Positions 56,544-64,000 of a stretch of DNA of 64,000 bases are shown piece by piece. How positions within the stretch are numbered: position 1 is the first letter of the stretch; the number at the start of each line of letters is the position of its first letter. The notes beneath the pieces are model-generated. The model ran no database searches, had not been told where the DNA came from, and saw only the letters and a list, made by a program, of their open reading frames with translations. The stretch is from positions 4,499-68,498 of the forward strand of contig JACQOJ010000074.1 of assembly GCA_016202605.1 (NCBI GenBank), read 5' to 3'. The stretch is from Betaproteobacteria bacterium (lineage in GTDB: Bacteria > Pseudomonadota > Gammaproteobacteria > Burkholderiales > SG8-41). A program made the position numbers and the translations under genes.

Positions 56544-57794
56544 ATGTTGTTAGATGAGATGGTCGAGCGCGGCCTGCCCGAAGAAACCCGCATGATGCGG
56601 GACGTCACGCGGAAGTTCGTGAACGAGCACGTCATCCCCTTCACCCGGCAGAACTGGCAGCAGGAATGGAAGATGACGCCCGGGGACCGCCTGCCGCGCA
56701 AGATCCTGGAAGTCGCGGACGAGATCGGGATCCGCACGCTCGGCATCCCCGAAGAATTCGGCGGCACGCCGCTCGATCCCAGGACCGAGGTGCAGACCTT
56801 TGCCGTGATTTCGGAAGAAATCTCGCGCGGCGATTGCGGCCTCTCCGACAAGATGGTGCAGATCTGGAAAGTCTCGGTGCTGCTCAGAAACGTCGCGCCG
56901 CGCCACCTGCAGGAACTCTGGTTCCCGCGCGTCGCCAAGGATCCGACGTTTCTGCTCGCGCACTGTCTCACCGAACCGCGCGGCGCCTCCGATCGCTGGC
57001 TGCCCTACAATGTCCCGGAAGCCGCGATGCAGACCCGGGCGGTGCTGAAGGGCGACCGGTGGGTAATCAACGGCCGCAAGCAATTCATCAGCAACGGCTA
57101 CGACGCCAAGCTCTACGTCGTCTACGCCAACACCAATCCCAAGGTCGGCATGCTGCAGGGCACGTCGAGCTTCCTCGTGCCGCGCGACACCCCGGGATTC
57201 ACCGTCCAGCGCTGCAACGAGACGCTCGGCGGGCGCTTCATGAATAACGGGGAGATGGTGTTCGAGGACATGGAATTACCCAAAGACCATCTTCTTGTCG
57301 AGAATACCGCGCTCTCCCGTGCCGGCGTCTATTTCCGTCCCGGTAAGATCATCCAGGGCTCGAAGAACCTCGGCGTCGCGGTGCGGGCGTTCGAGGAGAC
57401 TGCCAAGTACGTCCAGGAGTACGTGCAGGGGGGCAGGATCCTCATCAAGCACCAGGCGACCGCCATCCGGCTCGCCGAGATGGCGACCAGGATCTGCGCC
57501 GTGCGCGGACTGCTGCGTGAAGCCTCGCGCGCCGTGGACGACAATTCGCCTGAGGCCGAAGTGCTGTGCAACATGGTGAAGTTGTACGCGTCGGAAGCGG
57601 TGCTCGAGGTGTGCAAGCACGCGATGGAACTGCACGGCGGCAACGGCACCATGCTCGACTTCGGCATCGAGAAGCTCTACCGCGACGCCTCGATGTTCCT
57701 CCACATGGACGGAACCGTGGACGTGACGAAGTTCAAGATCGTGAAGAACCTGTTCCCGGACACAGCGGGCAAGTACGCGGGACCGGAAGCTTGA
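56544..57794 (+). CDS. Acyl-CoA dehydrogenase family protein
   Basis: IPEEFGG, CLTEP, WVINGRKQFISNG, ELHGGNG, EKLYRDA. Confidence 0.92.
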   Translation: MLLDEMVERGLPEETRMMRDVTRKFVNEHVIPFTRQNWQQEWKMTPGDRLPRKILEVADEIGIRTLGIPEEFGGTPLDPRTEVQTFAVISEEISRGDCGLSDKMVQIWKVSVLLRNVAPRHLQELWFPRVAKDPTFLLAHCLTEPRGASDRWLPYNVPEAAMQTRAVLKGDRWVINGRKQFISNGYDAKLYVVYANTNPKVGMLQGTSSFLVPRDTPGFTVQRCNETLGGRFMNNGEMVFEDMELPKDHLLVENTALSRAGVYFRPGKIIQGSKNLGVAVRAFEETAKYVQEYVQGGRILIKHQATAIRLAEMATRICAVRGLLREASRAVDDNSPEAEVLCNMVKLYASEAVLEVCKHAMELHGGNGTMLDFGIEKLYRDASMFLHMDGTVDVTKFKIVKNLFPDTAGKYAGPEA

Positions 57795-57799
57795 AATGC

Positions 57800-58175
57800 G
57801 TGACCGGTGACCGGGGTGTCATTCCCGAGGAGCCTGTCCCCGAGGTAGTAATCGGGGAGCGGGAATCCAATGTCAACATCGCCAAATTGGATGTCCGTCT
57901 GCGCGGGCATGACATGCTGCTGTTGCAATTGGATGCCCACCTGCGCGGGCATGACAGCGCTTTGTAAAATTGGATGTCCGTCTGCGCGGGCATGACATGC
58001 TGCTGTCGCAATTGGATGCCCACCTGCGCGGGCATGACAGCGCTTTGTAAAATTGGATGTCCGTCTGCGCGGGCATGATACCCTCTTGTCATTCCCGAGG
58101 AGTCGGGAATCCAATTTCCGCCCCCACGGATTGGATGCCGACTTGCGCGGGCATGACAATCTGGTCACCGGTCAC
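57800..58175. repeat. REP-like cluster with five tandem half-elements, bracketed by inverted GTGACCG heptamers
   Basis: AATTGGATGYCCRYCTGCGCGGGCATGA five times (57886-58078) with alternating 12-13 nt linkers. GTGACCGGTGACCG on the left, GGTCACCGGTCAC on the right. Confidence 0.87.
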
Positions 58176-58187
58176 GCCGTTCCAAGT

Positions 58188-58465
58188 TCAGGCCATGCGC
58201 GCCTTCCTCGCCGCCAGAAAAGCTTCCAGCTCACCCTGCTGCGTCGAGAACGGAGCGTCTTCAGCCAGCGCTGACCGCCGAAGGTAAAGCCGATCCAGTA
58301 GCCCATTTCGACGAGCTGCGGTTCGCTGAATTCGGCGTGCAGGTCGGACCACAGCGCATCGTTCGCCTGCGCCGGATCGTACATGATGGCGTCCGCATAG
58401 CGCCGCGCGAGCTTCGCGCGCGGCGTGAAGCGCGCGGATTTTTCATACTGCGTCGCTTCGGCCAT
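58188..58465 (-). pseudogene. C-terminal half of an AhpD/carboxymuconolactone decarboxylase-like protein, frameshifted
   Basis: FTPRAKLARRYADAI...LWSDLHAEFSEPQLVEM resembles AhpD-like C-halves. The tail TQQGELEAFLAARKARMA is in a different frame. No N-terminal half. Confidence 0.65.
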
Positions 58466-58502
58466 GCGCCTTTCGGAGTCGCGCTCAGCGCTGTGTAATC
58501 GA

Positions 58503-60290
58503 TTATGCCGCCTCGCCCTCCGCGATGAACTGCAGCCGCGCCAGATGCGCGTAGAGGCCATTTGCCCGCAGCAGTTCATTGTGCGTGCCGACGGAATGGA
58601 TGCGGCCGCGATCCAGAACGATGATGCGGTCGGCATTGCGCACGGTCGCCAGACGATGCGCGATCACCAGCGTCGTGCGCCCGCGCGCGAGGCGCTCCAG
58701 CGCCGCGGCGACCTGGCGTTCGCTCTCGGCATCGAGCGAGCTCGTCGCCTCATCCAGCAGCAGGATCGGCCGGTCGGCGAGGATCGCGCGCGCGATTGAA
58801 ATCCTCTGGCGCTGACCGCCGGAGAGCTTCACGCCGCGCTCGCCCAGGTCGGTATCGAATCCCTGCGGCAGCCGCTCGATGAATTCCAGGGCATGCGCCG
58901 CGGCGCACGCTTCCCGCACTTGGGCGAATGACGCTTCGCGACGGCCGAAACGCACGTTGTCCGTGACGCTCGCGGCGAAGATCACCGGGTCCTGCGGCAC
59001 GAGCGCGATCGCCCGGCGCAGGTCGCGGGGCTCGCAGTGCCGGACATCGGCGCCATCGACGAGAATGCGGCCCGACCGTGGATCGTAGAACCGCAGGATC
59101 AGGGCGAAGATCGTGGATTTCCCGGCGCCCGACGGGCCGACGAGCGCCACGCGCTCTCCGGCATCGACGGTGAACGAGACCGGCCCCAGCGCGGTGACCT
59201 CCGGACGGGTCGGGTACACGAACACGACGTCGTCGAAGCGGATCGCGCCCGTCACGCGCGACGGCAGCCGGATCGGCGGCTGCGCCACCGCGAGTTCCGG
59301 CCGCGTGTCGAGCAGTTCCATCAACCGTTCGGTGGCCCCTGCCGCGCGCTGGATCTCGCCCCACACTTCCGACACCGTTCCCGCGCCGCTTGCGACAACC
59401 GCGGCATAGAACACGAAAGCGGAGAGCTCGCCCGCCGTCATGCGTCCCGCGAATACGTCGTGCCCGCCGATCCACAGGATCACGCCCACGGCGCAAAAGC
59501 CGATCAGCATCACGAGCGAAATGAGCCACGCCTTGACTCGAATGCGGTGTACCCCGGCGCCATAAGCCGCTTCCGTCGCCCGCTCGAAATGCCCGCGCGC
59601 GTGGTCCTCGTGGCGATAGGCCTGCACCGTGCGCACTTCGTGCAGCGACTCGTCGATGTAGGCCGAAACGTCCGCCACCCGGTCCTGGTTCACGCGCGAC
59701 AGACGACGCACGCGGCGCCCCATAACGAGAATCGGAACGACCGTTGCCGGCACGCCGAGCACGATCAGCGCGGCGAGCTTGGGACTGGTCGCGAAGAGCA
59801 GCGCCAGCGCGCCCACCATCATCAGCCCGTTTCTCAGGAACATCGAAAAGCCGAAGCCGATCACCTGCCGGATCTGCTCGCTGTCGTTGGTGAGGCGCGA
59901 GGCGATCTCGCCGGTGCGCGCCGAATCGAAGAACCCGGCCGAGAGCGTGAGCACATGGCCGTACACCGCCTGCCGCAGGTCGGCGATCACGCGCTCGCCG
60001 ACACTCATCATCAGGTAAAAGCGCGCCCAGGTAGCGCACGCCAGCACCACGGACACGCCCACGATTGCGGCCAGCGCGGCGTTGAGCAGCCGCGGATCAC
60101 CGCTGCCGAAACCGGCGTCGATCACGTGGCGCAGGCCCTGCCCCAGCGCGAGCACGCAGCTCGCGGCCACGACGAGCGCCGCCAGCGCCGCGGCGATACG
60201 CCCGCGATACGGCATGAGAAACCGGCCCAAGCGCGCAAGCTGCGCCAGGTCTCCCTTGGGCGGCGCAACGAAGTCGGAAACCATCGCCAT
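58503..60290 (-). CDS. ABC exporter, fused permease/ATPase (MsbA/ABCB-like)
   Basis: TM domain, GPSGAGKS, LSGGQRQR, LLLDEATSSLD, IAHRL. Confidence 0.95.
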   Translation of the reverse strand: MAMVSDFVAPPKGDLAQLARLGRFLMPYRGRIAAALAALVVAASCVLALGQGLRHVIDAGFGSGDPRLLNAALAAIVGVSVVLACATWARFYLMMSVGERVIADLRQAVYGHVLTLSAGFFDSARTGEIASRLTNDSEQIRQVIGFGFSMFLRNGLMMVGALALLFATSPKLAALIVLGVPATVVPILVMGRRVRRLSRVNQDRVADVSAYIDESLHEVRTVQAYRHEDHARGHFERATEAAYGAGVHRIRVKAWLISLVMLIGFCAVGVILWIGGHDVFAGRMTAGELSAFVFYAAVVASGAGTVSEVWGEIQRAAGATERLMELLDTRPELAVAQPPIRLPSRVTGAIRFDDVVFVYPTRPEVTALGPVSFTVDAGERVALVGPSGAGKSTIFALILRFYDPRSGRILVDGADVRHCEPRDLRRAIALVPQDPVIFAASVTDNVRFGRREASFAQVREACAAAHALEFIERLPQGFDTDLGERGVKLSGGQRQRISIARAILADRPILLLDEATSSLDAESERQVAAALERLARGRTTLVIAHRLATVRNADRIIVLDRGRIHSVGTHNELLRANGLYAHLARLQFIAEGEAA

Positions 60291-60372
60291 GGGCTTATCG
60301 TAGCATTAGACCGCTTATTAGTTCGGCAGCACGGTGGCCAGGCGGGTGCGCTAAGTTGTGCCGTGCTCGCGG

Positions 60373-60486
60373 CGCGCGGGCGGCGAGCCGGCGACCAGCA
60401 CGCCGCAGGGTTTGATCAAGCTGATCGACGAGGAATACGCACGCTTCGGCCAGGCGATCCGCCTCGCCAGGCTCAAGGTCGAGTAA
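60373..60486 (+). pseudogene. Bug-family C-terminal remnant
   Basis: GGEPATSTPQGLIKLIDEEYARFGQAIRLARLKVE-TAA matches the C-termini of Bug proteins in this window. Confidence 0.7.
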
Positions 60487-61561
60487 GCGAGGGTTTGTTC
60501 CCGGCTGCTGCCTCGCGCGGGGCGCTCGCCGCGCTCTTCGCTTCGGACGCCGGAAGTACGGTCACCTGCCGGGCGACCAAGGACTCCTGTTCTCCGAAAT
60601 GCTCGACGAGCGGCTGCAGCGGGGCCCGATTGAGATTGAGCGTCAGGACATCGGACCGGTTGTAGTGCCCGGCCACGTCGTGGCGCAACTTGGGCGCGAT
60701 GATGGATTCGATGTCGCATTCGGCGTAGACGATGCCTTCCTCGCCCGGCGCAACCGTAGCGCTGCACAGGCGCCCTCCGGGCGCGAAGATTCCGGTGAAG
60801 CTCATGCACGGCCCCGACATCGCGCGGCGCTTCTCCTCCGTGTCGGCGACTTTGGCGATGACGCGCTCGTCGATGACCGCGGAGACAACGATGTTGAAGA
60901 CCTTGCCTTCGAAGGCGTGGGTGGCCCCCCGCAATTCGATTTCCTTGCCGAGGTCGTAGCCGCCGGCATCGCCGCCGGGCAAGGCCGGGTAGTTCGACAC
61001 GTGCACCTGTTCCCCCTGGGCGATGAGCGCATACCGCGCCAGGGGATTGGCGTTCTCGCCGCAGATGAGGGTGCCCAGCTTACCGACCACCGTGTCCAGC
61101 ACGCGCAGCGTGGACCCGTCCCCGAAACCCCACACCATCTTTTCAGCATAGGTCGGCATGAGCTTGCGGTGCTTGAGCAAAATGTCTCCGTACGGCCCGA
61201 TGACGAGATTGGTGTTGTAAAGCGTGCCCAGCGTATTCAGCGGCCGCTCGTTGATGCCGATGACGACATGAATCCCCGCCCTCCGGGCCGCCTCGCACAA
61301 TCGCGCGGTGGTCGGGCTCGGCACCTCCACGGCATTCTTCACGAGCTCGATGAAAAACGACGTGGTGCGGAAGGGATTCTCGAGCCGGATCCAGTACGGA
61401 TAGCCGGGCAGAAACACTTCCGGAAACGCGACGAGGCTCGCCCCCGCATGCGCGGCTTCGGCAATGAGAGCACACGCCTTGTCGAGGGTCGCCTCACGGT
61501 CCATGTAAACGGGAGCTGCCTGAACCGCGGCCGCCTTGAATTTTGGAAAGGTATCACCCAT
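60473..61561 (-). CDS. Nitrilase (carbon-nitrogen hydrolase)
   Basis: FPEVFLPGYP, HRKLMPT, LICGEN (E-K-C triad), DVAGHY. GGAGG RBS. Confidence 0.93.
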   Translation of the reverse strand: MGDTFPKFKAAAVQAAPVYMDREATLDKACALIAEAAHAGASLVAFPEVFLPGYPYWIRLENPFRTTSFFIELVKNAVEVPSPTTARLCEAARRAGIHVVIGINERPLNTLGTLYNTNLVIGPYGDILLKHRKLMPTYAEKMVWGFGDGSTLRVLDTVVGKLGTLICGENANPLARYALIAQGEQVHVSNYPALPGGDAGGYDLGKEIELRGATHAFEGKVFNIVVSAVIDERVIAKVADTEEKRRAMSGPCMSFTGIFAPGGRLCSATVAPGEEGIVYAECDIESIIAPKLRHDVAGHYNRSDVLTLNLNRAPLQPLVEHFGEQESLVARQVTVLPASEAKSAASAPREAAAGNKPSLTRP

Positions 61562-61650
61562 CACGACCTCCTTCGATGGAGTCATGCAGCGAACGCCAAG
61601 CCACCGGCGTTTTTGACAAGCTTACCATCGTCCGGCGGTGGGTGGACGCC

Positions 61651-61713
61651 CTGATGACTGACGACTGATGACTGACGACTGATGACTGACGACTGATGAC
61701 TGACGGCTGACGG
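61651..61713. repeat. Heptamer tandem array (CTGAYGR)x9
   Basis: Alternating CTGATGA/CTGACGA, ending in two CTGACGG copies. Confidence 0.92.
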
Positions 61714-61826
61714 CTCGGCCCCGTCGTCCGCCCGCGCCTGGATGCCTTCGGATACGCGTCAGTGAGACAGCATGGCGGCGCTCGCCATGGTATGGTTTGG
61801 TTTTCGCGAATCACATGAAAGGCAAG

Positions 61827-62714
61827 ATGATGCGGATCGAGAAAGTCGGATTGATGACCCCGGGAGATATGGGTCAGGCAGTGGCGATGCAGATCAAGGC
61901 GAAGGGATTCCCCGTCTGCACCGCGCTCAACCAACGCAGCGAGCGCAGCCGTGCGCTCGCGCGCGAGGCGGGATTGACCGATGTCGGCACGGTGGCGCGG
62001 CTCGTCGCCGAATGCGACGTCGTGCTTTCCGTCATGAATCCGGGCGCCGCGCTCGACTTCGCGCGCGAGGCCGCGGAGGGCTTGCGCGCGAGCGGCCGCC
62101 CGGCGCTGATCGTCGACTGCAACGCGATCGCTCCGGACACCGTGCATGAAATCGCCGGCATGGTCGAAAGCGCCGGCGGGCGTTTTCTCGACGCCGGCAT
62201 CATCGGCCCGCCGCCGCGCGGCAAGGTGAAGACCAATCTCTACGTCTCCGGCCCCGGCGCCGCCGATCTCGAAGCGCTTGCCGGGCCGCAACTCGTCGTG
62301 CACGTGGTGAGCGAACGCATTGCGGACGCGAGCGCGCTCAAGATGTGCTACGGCGCTCTCAACAAGGGCACGCAGGCGCTGTGGCTGGAAGTGCTGATGG
62401 CCGCGCGACGGCTGGGCGTCGACGGTCTTCTGGAACAGCAGTTGCGGCAATCCCGCGCAGATTTGTATGACTGGGCGCTCAGCCAGTTTCCGATCCTGCC
62501 GCCCAAAGCGTATCGCTGGGTGCCGGAAATGATCGAGATCTCCAAGACTCTCGCCGCCGCAGGCATTACTCCGAAAGTGTTTCAGGGAGCGGCGGACATC
62601 TATCAGTTTGTCGCCGGCACGGCGCTCGGAAAGGAAACTCCGGAAAATCGCGACAAGAGCCGGACCGGCAAGGATGTCTTGCGCCTGCTGGCTGCGGAAC
62701 GCGGTCGATCGTGA
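61827..62714 (+). CDS. NAD(P)-dependent oxidoreductase, 3-hydroxyisobutyrate/6PGD-like with DUF1932-type C-terminus
   Basis: PGDMG, DCNAIAP, DAGIIGPPP, ASALKMCY, RWVPEMIEI. Confidence 0.88.
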   Translation: MMRIEKVGLMTPGDMGQAVAMQIKAKGFPVCTALNQRSERSRALAREAGLTDVGTVARLVAECDVVLSVMNPGAALDFAREAAEGLRASGRPALIVDCNAIAPDTVHEIAGMVESAGGRFLDAGIIGPPPRGKVKTNLYVSGPGAADLEALAGPQLVVHVVSERIADASALKMCYGALNKGTQALWLEVLMAARRLGVDGLLEQQLRQSRADLYDWALSQFPILPPKAYRWVPEMIEISKTLAAAGITPKVFQGAADIYQFVAGTALGKETPENRDKSRTGKDVLRLLAAERGRS

Positions 62715-62724
62715 CGCGCGGTCT

Positions 62725-63474
62725 TCATCCTTCCGCCTTCGTTCCGCCGCCTTCACGCTTCTGCGGCGGAGCTTCCAGCAGCCGCATCACTTCAGCCGCG
62801 GCGCGGCTCGCTTCCTCGCGCGTTATGCGTTCCGCCCGATCGCCATCGCGCTTGCCGATCGCGGCAAGCATGGCGCGCAGATTGTGGATGCTTTCTTTGG
62901 AGCGCTCCGCGGAACGCCCCGGATGGCTCAGGCCGAGCGCGCGCCAGCGCCAGATGCGCGCGTGCAGCGTGCCGAGCATCGAGGACAGCGTCTCGCTTCC
63001 CGCACCCTCGAACAGGGCGTCATAGAACCGGTTCTTGGTCTCGAGCACCTGCTGCGCATCGCCGCCTTCGTAGGCCGCGACCACCACCTCCAGCGCCTGC
63101 GCGAGCTTGCCGATCTGCGCATCGCCCGCATTTTCGACAAAGAGCCGCGCGGCCAGTCCTTCCAGCACGGCGCGGATGTTGTAGAGGTCCTTCGCTTCCC
63201 CCAGCGTCAGTTCGCGCACCACCGGTCCCTTGTTGGGGATGATGGCGATCAAGCCCTCCGATTCGAGCTGGCGCAGCGCTTCACGGACCACCGTGCGCGA
63301 TACGCCCATCATCTCGGTCAGCTCGCGCTCCGTCAGGCGCGCCCCGGGTGCCAGGCGCCCGTCGATGATGGCCTGACGCAGTCCGTCCAGAACCTGCTGG
63401 CGCAGAGGCGCGGCAAGCCTTTGAACTTCAAGCACAGGCAGGGGATCCGCGGCTTGGGTTGACCGATTCGTCAT
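62725..63474 (-). CDS. GntR/FCD family transcriptional regulator
   Basis: LAPGARLTEREL, GVSRTVVREALRQLESEGL, IRAVLE. Confidence 0.93.
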   Translation of the reverse strand: MTNRSTQAADPLPVLEVQRLAAPLRQQVLDGLRQAIIDGRLAPGARLTERELTEMMGVSRTVVREALRQLESEGLIAIIPNKGPVVRELTLGEAKDLYNIRAVLEGLAARLFVENAGDAQIGKLAQALEVVVAAYEGGDAQQVLETKNRFYDALFEGAGSETLSSMLGTLHARIWRWRALGLSHPGRSAERSKESIHNLRAMLAAIGKRDGDRAERITREEASRAAAEVMRLLEAPPQKREGGGTKAEG

Positions 63475-63495
63475 ACCGTAATACGATATTACGGT
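63475..63495. promoter_or_regulatory. Palindromic operator between divergent gntR and oxidoreductase genes
   Basis: ACCGTAATA-CGA-TATTACGGT, a perfect 9-bp inverted repeat. Confidence 0.7.
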
Positions 63496-63532
63496 TTTCT
63501 CTTCCTGGCAACCATCAATCGAGGAGCGCCGC

Positions 63533-64000
63533 ATGAGCAACGCCGTCAGAGTCGGCATCGTCGGGCTTGGCCGCTGGGCCAAGGTTCTGACGCGAGCCGC
63601 CACCAAGTCAGACCGGATCAAGATCGTCGCCGGATACAGCCGCTCGCAGGAGAAGCGCGAAGCCTTCCAGAAGGAATTCGGCGTGCCGCCGGTCTCCGAC
63701 ATGAAAAGCATGCTGGCGGATCCCGAAATCAAGGGCGTCATCCTCACCGTGCCCAACGAGCAGCATCTGCCGCTCGCCGAGGAGGTGGCAAAGGCGAAGA
63801 AGCACGTCTATACCGAGAAGCCGATCGCGCAGACGCTGGAAGACGGGTTGAAGATCGCCGCGCTCGAAAAACAGTACGGCGTCACCGTTACGGTCGGGCA
63901 CAGCGCGCGGCTCATGGCGGGCATCCGCATCATCAAGGAAAAAATCGACAACGACGAACTGGGGCGCGTCGCCTTCCTGGAAGCCAACTTCTCCAACGAG
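63533..64000 (+). CDS. Gfo/Idh/MocA family oxidoreductase (3' end runs off the window)
   Basis: Translated by hand: MSNAVRVGIVGLGRWA...VPNEQH...KHVYTEKP...VGH. GAGGAG RBS. Confidence 0.92.
   Translation, partial: MSNAVRVGIVGLGRWAKVLTRAATKSDRIKIVAGYSRSQEKREAFQKEFGVPPVSDMKSMLADPEIKGVILTVPNEQHLPLAEEVAKAKKHVYTEKPIAQTLEDGLKIAALEKQYGVTVTVGHSARLMAGIRIIKEKIDNDELGRVAFLEANFSNE

Noticed and set aside
57886-58078. Five ~28-bp direct repeats resembling a CRISPR array
   Set aside because: Spacers are only 12-13 nt and alternate between two sequences, the repeat is a half of the dispersed REP-like family, and no cas genes are present.
57677-58168. ORFs with repeated peptides (CHARAGGHP, VMPAQ)
   Set aside because: Translations of the palindromic repeat cluster.
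1-64000. tRNA (including tRNA-Sec), rRNA, transposase or prophage genes
   Set aside because: None recognised by eye; a tRNAscan/Infernal run would be needed to exclude small RNAs.

Overview
GC-rich bacterial chromosomal window. Five intact Bug/TctC solute-binding genes plus a fragment suggest a betaproteobacterium (inference). The first ~23.5 kb is a repeat-free catabolic and transport block for unknown substrates: PhyH dioxygenase, ornithine cyclodeaminase family, two UbiD decarboxylases, TAXI-TRAP, amidohydrolase, a non-canonical ArgH-like lyase, an enolase-superfamily enzyme, a PLP enzyme, CoA-transferase, LLM oxidoreductase and SdaA. The remainder holds core-like genes (Lrp-aceE/mdeB, RND pump, trx, ndh, pabB, gluQ, ABC exporter, nitrilase, GntR) densely interspersed with REP-like palindromes and 7-/9-mer tandem arrays. 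Main result: three genes that the ORF track cuts at TGA continue in frame, with the TGA at a family Cys position and a SECIS-like hairpin directly downstream. They are predicted selenoproteins: OsmC-like (U-P-L-Y), UGSC family (D-U-G-S-C, with an uncharacterised partner gene) and a DedA-rhodanese fusion (C-S-U-P-N-E) inside a redox/efflux gene run. Also notable: a four-helix-bundle gene inside the RND operon bracketed by inverted heptamer arrays, repeat-derived in-frame insertions in aceE, and a cluster of gene fragments at 25.5-26.5 kb. All calls come from reading motifs by eye; no database searches were run.
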